Part shown: positions 39,073 through 54,000 of the stretch, one piece after another
How the letters are laid out: the number at the start of each line of letters is the position of its first letter
How positions within the stretch are numbered: the stretch's first letter is position 1
From: Nitrospirales bacterium
GTDB lineage: Bacteria > Nitrospirota > Nitrospiria > Nitrospirales > UBA8639
Direction of reading: 5' to 3'
DNA: 64,000 bases
Assembly: GCA_965203295.1 (NCBI GenBank)
Contig: CBDBCZ010000015.1
Span: forward strand, 1,024,001 to 1,088,000
Notes under the pieces: generated by a model
The model's database searches: none
The model's input: the letters and a program-made list of their open reading frames with translations, nothing else
What the model was told of the DNA's origin: nothing
Program-made: the position numbers and the translations under genes

Positions 39073-42000
39073 TAGGAAAAGAACCGGTTATTCAAAGGCT
39101 TGTTTAGTTTGAATGATGTTAGTCAGATACAATACATGCTTAGGAAGTATCGATGTTCAAGAAAGGAACTGGTTATTCAAAGGCCGGTTTAGTTTGGTTG
39201 ATGTTAGTCTGAAGATTACGAAAGAAGGATTTTATTGAAAATTGTTAGTTTTGTTGGTCTCAGGCAAAGACTTTCAGCCAAAGTAACTGGCTACCATTGA
39301 TCTGACCCTTCCCAACTGTTTAGGAAAAGAACTTGTATTCAAAGGCTTGTTTAGTTTGAATGATGTTAGTCAGATACAATACATGCTTAGGAAGTATCGA
39401 TGTTCAAGAAAGGAACTGGTTATTCAAAGGCTGGTTTAGTCTGCTTGATGTTAGTCTGCAGATAAGGAAAGAAGTATTTTATAGAAAATCGTTAGTTTTG
39501 TTGGTCTCTAGCAAAGACTTTGAGCCAAAGTAACTAGCTACCATTTATCTGACCCTTCCCAACTGTTTAGGAAAAGAACTGGTTATTCAAAGGCTTGATT
39601 CGTTTTAATGATGTTAGTCGGATACAATACATGTTTAGGAAGTGTCGATGTTCAAGAAAGGAACTGGTTATTCAAAGGCTTGTTTAGTTTGGTTGATGTT
39701 AGTCTGAAGATTAGGAAAGAAGGATTTTATTGAAAATTGTTAGTTTTGTTGGTCTCAGGCAAAGACTTTAAGCCAAAGTAACTAGCTACCATTGATCTGA
39801 CCCTTCCTAACTGTTTAGGAAAAGAACTGGTTATTCAAAGGCTTGTTTAGTTTGAATGATGTTAGTCTGAAGATTAGGAAAGAAGAATTTTATTGAAAAT
39901 TGTTAGTTTTGTTGGTCTCTAGCAAAGACTTTAAGCCAAAGTAACTAGCTACCATTTATCTGACCCTTCCCAACTGTTTAGAAAAAGAACTGGTTATTCA
40001 AAGGCCTGTTTAGTTTTTTTGACGTTAGCCTGAAGATTAGGAAAGAAGGATTTTATTGAAAATTGTTAGTTTTTTTGGTCTCTAGCAAAGACTTTGAGCC
40101 AAAGTCACTAGCTACCATTGATCTGACCTCTCCCAACTGTTTAGAAAAAGAGCTCATTATTCAAAGGCTTGTTTAGTTTGAATGATATTAGTCAGATACA
40201 ATACATGCTTAGGAAGTATCGATGTTCAAGAAAGGAACTGGTTATTCAAAGGCCGATTTAGTTTGGTTGATGTTAGTCTGAAGATTAGGAAAGAAGAATT
40301 TTACTCAAAAATTGTTATTTGTTTTGTCTCTGGCAAAGACTTTAAGCCAAAGTAACTAGCTACCATTGATTAGGAAAGAAGGATTTTATTGAAAATTGTT
40401 AGTTTTGTTTGTCTCTAGCAAAGACTTTAAGCCAAAGTAACTAGCTACCATTGATCGGACCCTTCCCAACTGTTTAGTAAAAGAACTTGTTATGCAAAGT
40501 CTTGTTTAGTTTGAATGATGTTAGTCTGAAGATTAGGAAAGAAGGATTTTATTGAAAATTGTTAGTTTATTTGGTCACTAGAAAAGACTTTAAGCCAAAG
40601 TAACTAGCTACCATTTATCAGACCCTTCCCAACTGTTTAGAAAATGAGCTGGTTATTCAAAGGCTAGTTTAGTTTGAATGATGTTAGTCAAATACAATAA
40701 TCCTTAGGAAGTATCGATGTTCAAGAAAGGAACTGGTTATTCAAAGGCCGGTTTTGTTTGGTTGATGTTAGCCTGAAGATTAGGAAAGAAGGATTTTATT
40801 GAAAATTGTTAGTTTTGTTGGTCTCTGGCAAAGACTTTCAGCCAAAGTAACTGGCTACCATTGATCTTACTCTTCCCAACTGTTTAGGAAAAGAACTGGT
40901 TATTCTAAAGCTTATTTAGTTTGAATGATGTTAGTCATATACAATACACGCTTAGGAAGTATCGATGTTCAAGAAAGGAACTTGTTATTCAAAGGCTTGT
41001 TTAGTTTGGTTGATGTTAGTCTGAAGATTAGGAAAGAAGGATTTTATTTAAAATTGTTAGTTTTGTTGATCTCAGGCAAAGACTTTCAGCCAAAGTAACT
41101 AGCTACCTTTGATCTGACCCTTCCCAACTGTTTAGGAAAAGAATCTGTTATTCAAAGGCTTGTTTAGTTTGAATGATGTTAGTCAGATACAATACATGCG
41201 TAGGAAGTATCGTTGTTCAAGAAAGGAACTGGTTATTCAAAGGCTAGTTTAGTTTGAATGATGTTAGTCAAATACAATATATCCTTAGGAAGTATCGATG
41301 TTCAAGAAAGGAACTGGTTATTCAAAGGCTTTTTTAATTTTGTTGATGTTAGTCTGCATATTAGGAAAGAAGTATTTTATAGAAAATCGTTAGTTTTGTT
41401 GGTCTAGCTACCATTGATCTGACCCTTCCCTACTGTTTAGGAAAAGAACTGGTTATTGAAAGGCTTGATTAGTTTTAATGATGTTAGTCGGATACAATAC
41501 GTGTTTAGGAAGTGTCGATGTTCAAGAAAGGAACTGGTTATTCAAAGGCTTGTTTAGTTTGGTTGATGTTAGTCTGAAGATTAGGAAAGAAGGATTTTAT
41601 TGAAAATTGTAGTTTTGTTGGTCTCTAGCAAAGACTTTAAGCCAAAGTAACTAGCTACCATTTTTCTGACCCTTCCTAACTGTTAAGAAAAGAACTGGTT
41701 ATTGAAAGGCCTGTTTAGTTTTGTTGATGTTAGCCTGAAGATTAGGAAAAAAGGATTTTATTGATAATTGTTAGTTTTGTTGGTCTCTAGCAAAGACTTA
41801 AGCCAAAGTAACTAGCTACCATTGATCTGACCCTTCCCAACTGTTTAGGAAAAGAACTGGTTATTCAAAGGCTTTTTTAGTTTGAATGATGTTAGTTTGA
41901 AGATTAGGAAAGAAGGATTTTATTGAAAATTGTTAGTTTTGTTGGTCTCTAGCAAAGACTTTAAGCCAAAGTAACTAGCTACCATTTATCTGACCCTTCC

Positions 42001-45000
42001 TAACTGTTTAGAAAAAGAACTGGTTATTCAAAGGCCTGTTTAGTTTGTTGATGTTAGCCTGAAGATTAAGAAAGAAGAATTTTATTGAAAATTGTTAGTT
42101 TTGTTGGTCTCTAGCAAAGACTTTAAGCCAAAGTTACTAGCTACCATTGATCTGACCCTTCCGAACTATTTAGCAATGAGCTGGTTATTCAAAGGCTTGT
42201 TTGTTTGAATGATATTAGTCAGATACAATACATGCTTAGGAAGTATCAATGTTCAAGAAAGGAACTGGTTATTCAAAGCTTGTTTAGTTTGGTTGATGTT
42301 AGTCTGAAGATTAGGAAAGAAGGATTTTATTGAAAATTGTTAGTTTTTTTGTCTCTAGCAAAGACTTTAAGCCAAAGTAACTTGCTACCATTTATCTGAC
42401 CCTTCCCAACTGTTTAGAAAAGAGCTGTTTATTCAAAGGCCTGTTTAGTTTTGCTGATGTTAGCCTGAAGATTAGGAAAGAAGTATTTTATAGAAAATCG
42501 TTAGTTTTGTTAGTCTCTAGCAAAGACTTTGAGCCTAAGTAACTAACTACCATTGATCTGACCCTTCCCAACTGTTTAGGAAAAGAACTGGTTATTTAAA
42601 GGCTTGTTTAGTTTAAATGATGTTAGTCGGATACAATACATGCTTAGGAAGTATCGATGTTCAAGAAAGGAACTGGTTATTCAAAGGCTTGTTTAGTTTG
42701 GTTGATGTTAGTCTGAAGATTTGAAAAGAAGGATTTTATTGAAAATTGTTAGTTTTGTTGGCCTCTAGCAAAGACTTTAAGCAAAGTAACTAGCTACCAT
42801 TGAGCTGATCCTTCCCAACTGTTTAGGAAAAGAACTTGTTATTCAAAGGCTTGTTTAGTTTTAATGAAGTTAGTCTAATGATTAGGAAAGAAGGATTTTA
42901 TTGAAAATTGTTAGTTTTGTTGGTCTCTAGCAAAGACTTTAAGCCAAAGTAACTATCTACCATTTATCAGACCCTTCCGAACTGTTTAGAAAAAGAACTA
43001 GTTATTCAAAGGCCTGTTTAGTTTTTTTTTATTTTAGCCTTAAGATTAGGAAAGAAGGATTTTATTGAAAATGGTTAGTTTTGTTGGTCTCTAGCAAAGA
43101 CTTTAAGCCAAAGTTACTAGCTACCATTGATCTGACCCTTCCGAACTATTTTGAAAATGAGCTGGTTATTCAAAGGCTTGTCCTGTTTTAATGATATTAG
43201 TCAGATACAATACATGGTTAGGAAGTATCAATGTTCAAGAAAGGAACTGGTTATTCAAAGCTTGTTTAGTTTGGTTGATGTTAGTCTGAAGATTAGGAAA
43301 GAAGGATTTTATTGAAAATTGTTAGTTTTTTTGTCTCTAGCATAGACTTTAAGCCAAAGTAACTTGCTACCATTTATCTGACCCTTCCTAACTGTTTAGA
43401 AAAAGAAATGGTTATTCAAAGGCCTGTTTAGTTTTGTTGATGTTAGTCTGAAGATTAGGAAAGAAGGATTTTATTTAAAATTGTTAGTTTTTTCGTCTCT
43501 AGCAAAGACTTTAAGCCAAAGTAACTTGCTACCATTTATCTGACCCTTCCCAACTGTTTAGAAAAGAGCTGTTTATTCAAAGGCCTGTTTAGTTTTGCTG
43601 ATGTTAGCCTGAAGATTAGGAAAGAAGTATTTTATAGAAAATCGTTAGTTTTGTTAGTCTCTAGCAAAGACTTTGAGCCTAAGTAACTAACTACCATTGA
43701 TCTGACCCTTCCCAACTGTTTAGGAAAAGAACTGGTTATTCAAAGGCTTGTTTAGTTTAAATGATGTTAGTCGGATACAATACATGCTTAGGAAGTATCG
43801 ATGTTCAAGAAAGGAACTGGTTATTCAAAGGCTTGTTTAGTTTGGTTGATGTTAGTCTGAAGATTAGGAAAGAAGGATTTCATTGAAAATTGTTAGTTTT
43901 GTTGGCCTCTAGCAAAGACTTTAAGCCAAAGTAACTAGCTACCATTGAGCTGATCCTTCCCAACTGTTTAGGAAAAGAACTTGTTATTCAAAGGCTGGTT
44001 TAGTTTTAATGAAGTTAGTCTAATGATTAGGAAAGAAGGATTTTATTGAAAATTGTTAGTTTTGTTGGTCTCTAGCAAAGACTTTAAGCCAAAGTAACTA
44101 TCTACCATTTATCAGACCCTTCCGAACTGTTTAGAAAAAGAACTGGTTATTCAAAGGCCTTTTTAGTTTTTTTTTATTTTAGCCTTAAGATTAGGAAAGA
44201 AGGATTTTATTGAAAATTGTTAGTTTTGTTGGTCTCTAGCAAAGACATTAAGCCAAAGTTACTAGCTACCATTGATCTGACCCTTCCGAACTATTTTGAA
44301 AATGAGCTGGTTATTCAAAGGCTTGTCCTGTTTTAAATGATATTAGTCAGATACAATACATGCTTAGGAAGTATCAATGTTCAAGAAAGGAACTGGTTAT
44401 TCAAAGCTTGTTTAGTTTGGTTGATGTTAGTCTGAAGATTAGGAAAGAAGGATTTTATTGAAAATTGTTAGTTTTTTTGTCTCTAGCATAGACTTTAAGC
44501 CAAAGTAACTTGCTACCAACTATCTGACCCTTCCTAACTGTTTAGAAAAAGAACTGGTTATTCAAAGGCCTGTTTAGTTTTGTTGATGTTAGTCTGAAGA
44601 TTAGGAAAGAAGGATTTTATTTAAAATTGTTAGTTTTTTCGTCTCTAGCAAAGACTTTAAGCCAAAGTAACTTGCTACCATTTATCTGACCCTTCCCAAC
44701 TGTTTAGAAAAAGAGCTGTTTATTCAAAGGCCTGTTTAGTTTTGCTGATGTTAGCCTGAAGATTAGGAAAGAAGTATTTTATAGAAAATCGTTAGTTTTG
44801 TTAGTCTCTAGCAAAGACTTTGAGCCTAAGTAACTAACTACCATTGATCTTACCCCTTCCCAACTGTTTTGGAAAAGAACTGGTTATTCAAAGGCTTGTT
44901 TAGTTTAAATGATGTTAGTCGGATACAACACATGCTTAGGAAGTATCGATGTTCAAGAAAGGAACTGGTTATTCAAAGGCTTGTTTAGTTAGGTTGATGT

Positions 45001-48000
45001 TAGTCTGAAGATTAGGAAAGAAGGATTTTATTGAAAATTGTTAGTTTTGTTGGTCTCTAGCAAAGACTTTAAGCCAAAGTAACTATCTACCATTTATCAG
45101 ACCCTTCCGAACTGTTTAGAAAAAGAACTGGTTATTCAAAGGCCTGTTTAGTTTTTTTTTATTTTAGCCTTAAGATTAGGAGAGAAGGATTTTATTGAAA
45201 ATTGTTAGTTTTGTTGGTCTCTAGCAAAGACTTTTAGCCAAAGTCACTAGCTACCATTTATCTGACCCTTCCCAACTGTTTAGAAAAAGAGCTGGTTAAT
45301 CAAAGGCTAGTTTAGTTTGAATGATGTTAGTCAAATACAATAATCCTTAGGAAGTATCGATGTTCAAGAAAGGAACTGGTTATTCAAAGGCTTGTTTAGT
45401 TTGCCTGATGTTAGTCTGCAGATTAGAAAAGAAGTATTTTATAGAAAATCGTTAGTTTTGTTGGTCTCTAGCAAAGACTTAGAGCCAAAGTAACTAGCTA
45501 CCATTGATCTGACCCTTCCCAACTGTTTAGGAAAAGAACTGGTTATTCAAAGGCTTGTTTAGTTTAAATGATGTTAGTCGTATACAATACAGGCTTAGGA
45601 AATATTGATGTTCAAGAAAGGAACTTGTTATTCAAAGGCTTGTTTAGTTTGGTTGATGTTAGTCTGAAGATTAGGAAGGAAGGATTTTATTTAAAATTGT
45701 TAGTTTTGTTGATCTCAGGCAAAGACTTTCAGCCAAAGTAACTAGCTACCATAGATCTGACCCTTCCCAACTGTTTAGGGAAAGAATCTGTTATTCAAAG
45801 GCTTGTTTAGTTTGAATGATGTTAGTTAGATACAATACATGCCTAGGAAGTATCGTTGTTCAAGAAAGGAACTGGTTATTCAAAGGCTAGTTTAGTTTGA
45901 ATGATGTTAGTCAAATACAATATATCCTTAGGAAGTATCGATGTTCAAGAAAGGAACTGGTTATTCAAAGGCTTGTTTAATTTTGTTGTTGTTAGTCTGC
46001 ATATTAGGAAAGAAGTATTTTATAGAAAATCGTTAGTTTTGTTGGTCTAGCTACCATTGATCTGACCCTTCCCTACATTTTAGGAAAAGAACTGGTTATT
46101 GAAAGGCTTGATTAGTTTTAATGATGTTAGTCGGATACAATACGTGTTTAGGAAGTGTCGATGTTCAAGAAAGGAACTGGTTATTCAAAGGGTTGTTTAG
46201 TTTGGTTGATGTTAGTCTGAAGATTAGGAAAGAAGGATTTTATTGAAAATTGTTAGTTTTTTTTGTCTCTAGCATAGACTTTAAGCCAAAGTTACTAGCT
46301 ACCATTGATCTGACCCTTCCGAACTATTTAGAAAATGAGCTGGTTATTCAAAGGCTTTTCTTGTTTTAATGATATTAGTCAGATACAATACATGCCTAGG
46401 AAGTATCGATGTTCAAGAAAGGAACTGGTTATTCAAAGGCTTGTTTAGTTTGGTTGATGTTAGTCTGAAGATTAGGAAAGAAGGATTTTATTGAAAATTG
46501 TTAGTTTTGTTGGCCTCTAGCAAAGACTTTAAGCCAAAGTATCTAGCTACCATTGATCTGACCCTTCCCAACTGTTTAGGAAAAGAACTTGTTATTCAAA
46601 GGCTTGTTTAGTTTTAATGAAGTTAGTCTGTTGATTAGGAAAGAAGGATTTTATTGAAAATTGTTAGTTTTGTTGGTTTCTAGCAAAGACTTTAAGCCAA
46701 AGTAACTATCTACCATTTATCAGACCCTTCCGAAGTGTTTAGAAAAAGAACTGGTTATTCAAAGGCCTGTTTAGTTTTTTTTTATTTTAGCCTTAAGATT
46801 AGGAAAGAAGGATTTTATTGAAAATTGTTAGTTTTGTTGGTCTCTAGCAAAGACTTTAAGCCAAAGTTACTAGCTACCATTGATCTGACCCTTCCGAACT
46901 ATTTTGAAAATGAGCTGGTTATTCAAAGGCTTGTCCTGTTTTAATGATATTAGTCAAATACAATACATGCTTAGGAAGTATCAATGTTCAAGAAAGGAAC
47001 TGGTTATTCAAAGCTTGTTTAGTTTGGTTGATGTTAGTCTGAAGATTAGGAAAGAAGGATTTTATTGAAAATTGTTAGTTTTTTTGTCTCTAGCATAGAC
47101 TTTAAGCCAAAGTAACTTGCTACCATTTATCTGACCCTTCCTAACTGTTTATAAAAAGAACTGGTTATTCAAAGGCCTGTTTAGTTTTGTTGATGTTAGT
47201 CTGAAGATTAGGAAAGAAGGATTTTATTTAAAATTGTTAGTTTTTTCGTCTCTAGCAAAGACTTTAAGCCAAAGTAACTTGCTACCATTTATCTGACCCT
47301 TCCCAACTGTTTAGAAAAAGAGCTGTTTATTCAAAGGCTGGTTTAGTTTTGCTGAGGTTAGCCTGAAGATTAGGAAAGAAGTATTTTATAGAAAATCGTT
47401 AGTTTTGTTAGTCTCTAGCAAAGACTTTGAGCCTAAGTAACTAACTACCATTGATCTGACCCTTCCCAACTGTTTAGGAAAAGAACTGGTTATTCAAAGG
47501 CTTGTTTAGTTTAGTCTCTAGCAAAGACTTTTAGCCAAAGTCACTAGCTACCATTTATCTGACCCTTCCCAACTGTTTAGAAAAAGAGCTGGTTAATCAA
47601 AGGCTAGTTTAGTTTGAATGATGTTAGTCAAATACAATAATCCTTAGGAAGTATCGATGTTCAAGAAAGGAACTGGTTATTCAAAGGCTTGTTTAGTTTG
47701 CCTGATGTTAGTCTGCAGATTAGAAAAGAAGTATTTTATAGAAAATCGTTAGTTTTGTTGGTCTCTAGCAAAGACTTTGAGCCAAAGTAACTAGCTACCA
47801 TTGATCTGACCCTTCCCAACTGTTTAGGAAAAGAACTGGTTATTCAAAGGCTTGTTTAGTTTAAATGATGTTAGTCGTATACAATACAGGCTTAGGAAAT
47901 ATTGATGTTCAAGAAAGGAACTTGTTATTCAAAGGCTTGTTTAGTTTGGTTGATGTTAGTCTTAAGATTAGGAAAGAAGGATTTTATTTAAAATTGTTAG

Positions 48001-51000
48001 TTTTGTTGATCTCAGGCAAAGACTTTCAGCCAAAGTAATTAGCTACCATTGATCTGACCCTTCCCAACTGTTTAGGGAAAGAATCTGTTATTCAAAGGCT
48101 TGTTTAGTTTGAATGATGTTAGTTAGATACAATACATGCCTAGGAAGTATCGTTGTTCAAGAAAGGAACTGGTTATTCAAAGGCTAGTTTAGTTTGAATG
48201 ATTTTAGTCAAATACAATATATCCTTAGGAAGTATCGATGTTCAAGAAAGGAACTGGTTATTCAAAGGCTTGTTTTATTTTGTCGTTGTTAGTCTGCATA
48301 TTAGGAAAGAAGTTTTTTATAGAAAATCGTTAGTTTTGTTGGTCTAGCTACCATTGATCTGACCCTTCCCTACATTTTAGGAAAAGAACTGGTTATTGAA
48401 AGGCTTGATTAGTTTTAATGATGTTAGTCGGATACAATACGTGTTTAGGAAGTGTCGATGTTCAAGAAAGTAACTGGTTATTCAAAGGGTTGTTTAGTTT
48501 GGTTGATGTTAGTCTGAAGATTAGGAAAGAAGGATTTTATTGAAAATTGTTAGTTTTGTTGGTCTCTAGCAAAGACTTTAAGCCAAAGTAACTAGCTACC
48601 ATTTATCTGACCCTTCCCAACTTTTTAGAAAAAGAACTGGTTATTCAAAGGCTTGTTTAGTTTGAATGATGTTAGTCTGAAGATTAGGAAAGAAGGATTT
48701 TATTGAAAATTGTTAGTTTTGTTGGTCTCTAGCAAAGACTTTAAGCCAAAGTAACTAGCTACCATTTTTCTCACCCTTCCTAACTGTTTAGAAAAGAACT
48801 GGTTATTTAAAGGCCTGTTTAGTTTTGTTGATGTTAGCCTGAAGATTAGGAAAGAAGGATTTTATTGATAATTGTTAGTTTTGTAGGTCTCTTGCAAAGA
48901 CTTTCAGCCAAAGTAACTAGCTACCATTGATCTGACCCTTCCCAACTGTTTAGGAAAAGAACTGGTTATTCAAAGGCTTGTTTAGTTTGAATGATATTAG
49001 TCTGAAGATTAGGAAAGAAGAATTTTATTGAAAATCTTTAGTTTTGTTGAGAAGTATTTTATAGAAAATCGTTAGTTTTGTTGGTCTAGCTACCATTGAT
49101 CTGACCCTTCCCTACATTTTAGGAAAAGAACTGGTTATTGAAAGGCTTGATTAGTTTTAATGATGTTAGTCGGATACAATACGTGTTTAGGAAGTGTCGA
49201 TGTTCAAGAAAGGAACTGGTTATTCAAAGGGTTGTTTAGTTTGGTTGATGTTAGTCTGAAGATTAGGAAAGAAGGATTTTATTGAAAATTGTTAGTTTTG
49301 TTTGTCTCAGGCAAAGACTTTAAGCCAAAGTAACTAGCTACCATTGATCTGACCCTTCCCAACTGGTTAGGAAACGAACTGGTTATTCAAAGGCTAGTTT
49401 AGTTTGAATGATGTTAGTCAAATACAATACATCCTTAGGAAGTATCGATGTTCAAGAAAGGAACTGGTTATTCAAAGGCTTGTTTAATTAGGTTGATGTT
49501 AGTCTGCAGATTAGGAAAGAATGATTTTTTTGAAAATTGTTTGTTTTGTTGGTCTCTAGCAAAGACTTTAAGCCAAAGTCACTAGCTACCATTGATCTGA
49601 CCCTTCCTAGAAAAAGAGCTGGTTATTCAAAGGCTAGTTTAGTTTGAATGATGTTAGTCAAATACAATAATCCTAAGGAAGTATCGATGTTCAAGAAAGG
49701 AACTGGTTATTCAAAGGCTTGTTTAGTTTGATTGATGTTAGTCTGTAAATTAGGAAAGATGTATTTTATAGAAAATCGTTAGTTTTGTTAGTCTCTAGCA
49801 AAGACTTTGAGCCAAAGTAACTAGCTACCATTGATCTGACCCTTCCCAACTGTTTTGGAAAAGAACTGGTTATTCAAAGGCCTGTTTAGTTTAAATGATG
49901 TTAGTCTGAAGATTAGGAAAGAACGATTTTAATGAAAATTGTTAGTTTTGTTGGTCTCAGGCAAAGACTTTATGCCAAAGTAACTGGCTACCATTTATCT
50001 GACCCTTCCAAACTGTTTAGAAAAAGAACTGGTTATTCAAAGGCCTGTTTAGTTTCGTTGATTTTAGCCTGAAGATTAAAAAAGAAGGATTTTATTGATA
50101 ATTGTTAGTTTTGTAGGTCTCTTGCAAAGACTTTAAGCCAAAGTAACTGGCTACCATTGATCTGATTCTTCCCAACTATTTAGAAAAAGAGCTGGTTATT
50201 CAAAGGCTTGTTTTGTTTGAATGATATTAGTCAGATACAATACATGCTTAGGAATTATCAATGTTCAAGAAAGGAACTGGTTATTCAAAGGCTTGTTTAG
50301 TTTGAATGAAGTTAGTCTGAAGATTAGGAAAGAAGGATTTTATTGAAAATTGTTAGTTTTGTTGGTCTCTTGCAAAGACTTTAAGCCAAAGTAACTGACT
50401 ACTATTAATCTGATCCTTCCCAACTATTTAGAAAAAGAGCTGGTTATTCAAAAGTTTGTTTTGTTTGAATGATATTTGTCAGATACAATACATGCTTAGG
50501 AAGTATCGATGTTCAAGAAAGGAACTGGTTTTTCAAAGGCCTGTTTAGTTTAAATGATGTTTGTCTGAAGATTAGGAAAGAACGATTTTAATGAAAATTG
50601 TTAGTTTTGTTGGTCTCAGGCAAAGACTTTATGCCAAAGTAACTGGCTACCATTTATCTGACCCTTCCAAACTGTTTAGAAAAAGAACTGGTTATTCAAA
50701 GGCCTGTTTAGTTTCGTTGATTTTAGCCTGAAAATTAGGAAAGAAGGATTTTATTGATAATTGTTAGTTTTGCAGGTCTCTTGCAAAGACTTTAAGCCAA
50801 AGTAACCGGCTACCATAGATCTGATCTTTCCCAACTATTTAGAAAAAGAGCTGGTTATTCAGAGGCTTGTTTTGTTTGAGTGATATTAGTCAGATACAAT
50901 ACATGCTTAGGAATTATCAATGTTCAAGAAAGGAACTGGTTATTCAAAGGCTTGTTTAGTTTGAATGATGTTAGTCTGAAGATTAGAAAAGAAGAATTTT

Positions 51001-54000
51001 ATTGAAAATTGTTAGTTTTGTTGGTCTCTAGCAAAGACTTTAAGCCAAAGTAACTAGCTACCATTTATCTGACCCTTCCCAACTGTTTAGAAAAAGAACT
51101 GGTTATTCAAAGGCCTGTTTAGTTTATTTGACGTTAGCCTGAAGATTAGGAGAGAAGGATTTTATTGAAAATTGTTAGTTTTGTTTGTCTCTAGCAAAGA
51201 CTTTGAGCCAAAGTCACTAGCTACCATTGATCTGACCTCTCCCAACTATTTAGAAAAAGAGCTGGTTATTCAAAAGTTCGTTTTGTTTGAATGATATTAG
51301 TCAGATACAATACATGCTTAGGAAGTATCGATGTTCAAGAAAGGATCTGGTTATTCAAAGGCTTGTTTAGTTTGGTTGATGTTAGTCTGAAGATTAGGAA
51401 AGAAGGATTTTAATGAAAATTGTTTGTTTTGTTGGTCTCAGGCAAATAATTTCAGCCATAGTAACTGGCTACCATTGATCTGACCCTTCCCAACTGTTTA
51501 GGAAAAGAACTTGTTATTCAAAGGCTTGTTTAGTTTGAATGATGTTAGTCAGATACTATACATGCTTAGGAAGTATCGATGTTCAAAAAAGGAACTGGTT
51601 ATTCAAATGCTTATTTAGTTTGCTTGATGTTAGTCTGCAGATTAGGAAAGAAGTATTTTATATAAAATCGTTAGTTTTGTTGGTCTCTAGCAGAGACTTT
51701 GAGCCAAAGTAACTAGCTACCATTGATCTGACCCTTCCCAACTGGTTAGGAAACGAACTGGTTATTCAAAGGCTAGTTTAGCTTGAAATGTTAATCAAAT
51801 ACAATACATCCTTAGGGAGTATCGATGTTCAAGAAAGGAACTGGTTATTCAAAGGCTTGTTTAGTTTGGTTGATGTTTGTCTGCAGATTAGTAAAGAAGG
51901 ATTTTATTGAAAATTGTTAGTTTTGTTGGTCTCTAGCAAAGACTTTAAGCCAAAGTAACTAGCTACCATTGATTAGGAAAGAATGATTTTATTGAAAATT
52001 GTTAGCTTTGTTGGTCTCTAGCAAAGACTTTAAGCCAAAGTAACTTGCTATCATTGATCTAACCCTTCCTAACTGTTTAGGAAAAGAACTGGTTATTCAA
52101 AGGCCTGTTTAGTTTTGTTGATTTTAGCCTGAAGATTAAGAAAGAAGGATTTTATCGATAATTGTTAGTTTTGTTGGTCTCTTGCAGAGACTTTAAGCAA
52201 AAGTAACTGGCTACCATTTTTCTGACCCTTCCCAACTGTTTAGAAAAAGAACTGGTTATTCAAAGGCCTGTTTAGTTTTGTTGATTTTAGCCTGAAGATT
52301 AAGAAAGAAGGATTTTATCGATAATTGTTAGTTTTGTTGGTCTCTTGCAGAGACTTTAAGCAAAAGTAACTGGCTGCCATTTATCTGACCCTTCCAAACT
52401 GTTTAGAAAAAGAACTGGTTATTCAAAGGCCTGTTTAGTTTCGTTGATTTTAGCCTGAAGATTAGGAAAGAAGGATTTTATTGATAATTGTTAGTTTTGT
52501 AGGTCTCTTGCAGAGACTTTCAGCCAAAGTAACTAGCTACCATTGATCTGACACTTCCTAACTGTTTAGGAAAAGAACTGGTTATTCAAAGGCTTGTTTA
52601 GTTTGAATGATGTTAGTCTGAAGATTAAGAAAGAAGAATTTTATTGAAAATTGTTAGTTTTGTTGGTCTCTAGTAAAGACTTTAAGCCAAAGTAACTAGC
52701 TACCATTTATCTGACCCTTCCCAACTGTTTAGAAAAAGAACTGGTTATTCAAAGGCCTGTTTAGTTTATTTGATGTTAGTCTGAAGATTAGGAAAGAAGG
52801 ATTTTAATGAAAATTGTTTGTTTTGTTTGTCTCTAGCAAAGACTTTGGGCCAAAGTCACTAGCTACCATTGATCTGACCTCTCCCAACTATTTAGAAAAA
52901 GAGCTGGTTATTCAAAAGTTCGTTTTGTTTGAATGATATTAGTCAGATACAATACATGCTTAGGAAGTATCGATGTTCAAGAAAGGATCTGGTTATTCAA
53001 AGGCTTGTTTAGTTTGGTTGATGTTTGTCTGAAGATTAGGAAAGAAGGATTTTAATGAAAATTGTTTGTTTTGTTGGTCTCAGGCAAATACTTTCAGCCA
53101 TAGTAACTGGCTACCATTGATCTGACCCTTCCCAACTGTTTAGGAAAAGAACTTGTTATTCAAAGGCTTGTTTAGTTTGAATGATGTTTGTCAGATACAA
53201 TACATGCTTAGGAAGTATCGATGTTCAAGAAAGGAACTGGTTATTCAAATGCTTATTTAGTTTGCTTGATGTTAGTCTGCAGATTAGGAAAGAAGTATTT
53301 TATATAAAATCGTTAGTTTTGTTGGTCTCTAGCAAAGACTTTGAGCCAAAGTAACTAGCTACCATTGATCTGACCCTTCCCAACTGGTTAGGAAACGAAC
53401 TGGTTATTCAAAGGCTAGTTTAGTTTGAAATGTTAATCAAATACAATACATCCTTAGGAAGTATCGATGTTCAAGAAAGGAACTGGTTATTCAAAGGCTT
53501 GTTTAGTTTGGTTGATGTTTGTCTGCAGATTAGGAAAGAAGGATTTTATTGAAAATTGTTAGTTTTGTTGGTCTCTAGCAAAGACTTTAAGCCAAAGTAA
53601 CTAGCTACCATTGATTAGGAAAGAATGATTTTATTGAAAATTGTTAGCTTTGTTGGTCTCTAGCAAAGACTTTAAGCCAAAGTAACTAGCTACCGTTGAT
53701 CTGACCCTTCCCAACTGTTTAGGAAAAGAACTTGTTATTCAAAGGCTTGTTTAGTTTTAATGATGTTAGTCTTAAGATTAGGAAAGAAAGATTCAATTGA
53801 AAATTGTTAGTTTTATTGGTCTCTAGCAAAGACTTCATGCCAAAGTAACTAGCTACCATTTATCAGACCCTTCCGAACTGTTTAGAAAAAGAATTTGTTA
53901 TTCAAAGGCCTGTTTAGTTTTGTTGATGTTAGCCTGAATATTAGGAAAGAAGAATTTTATTGAAAATTGTTAGTTTTGTTGGTCTCTAGCAAAGACTTTA

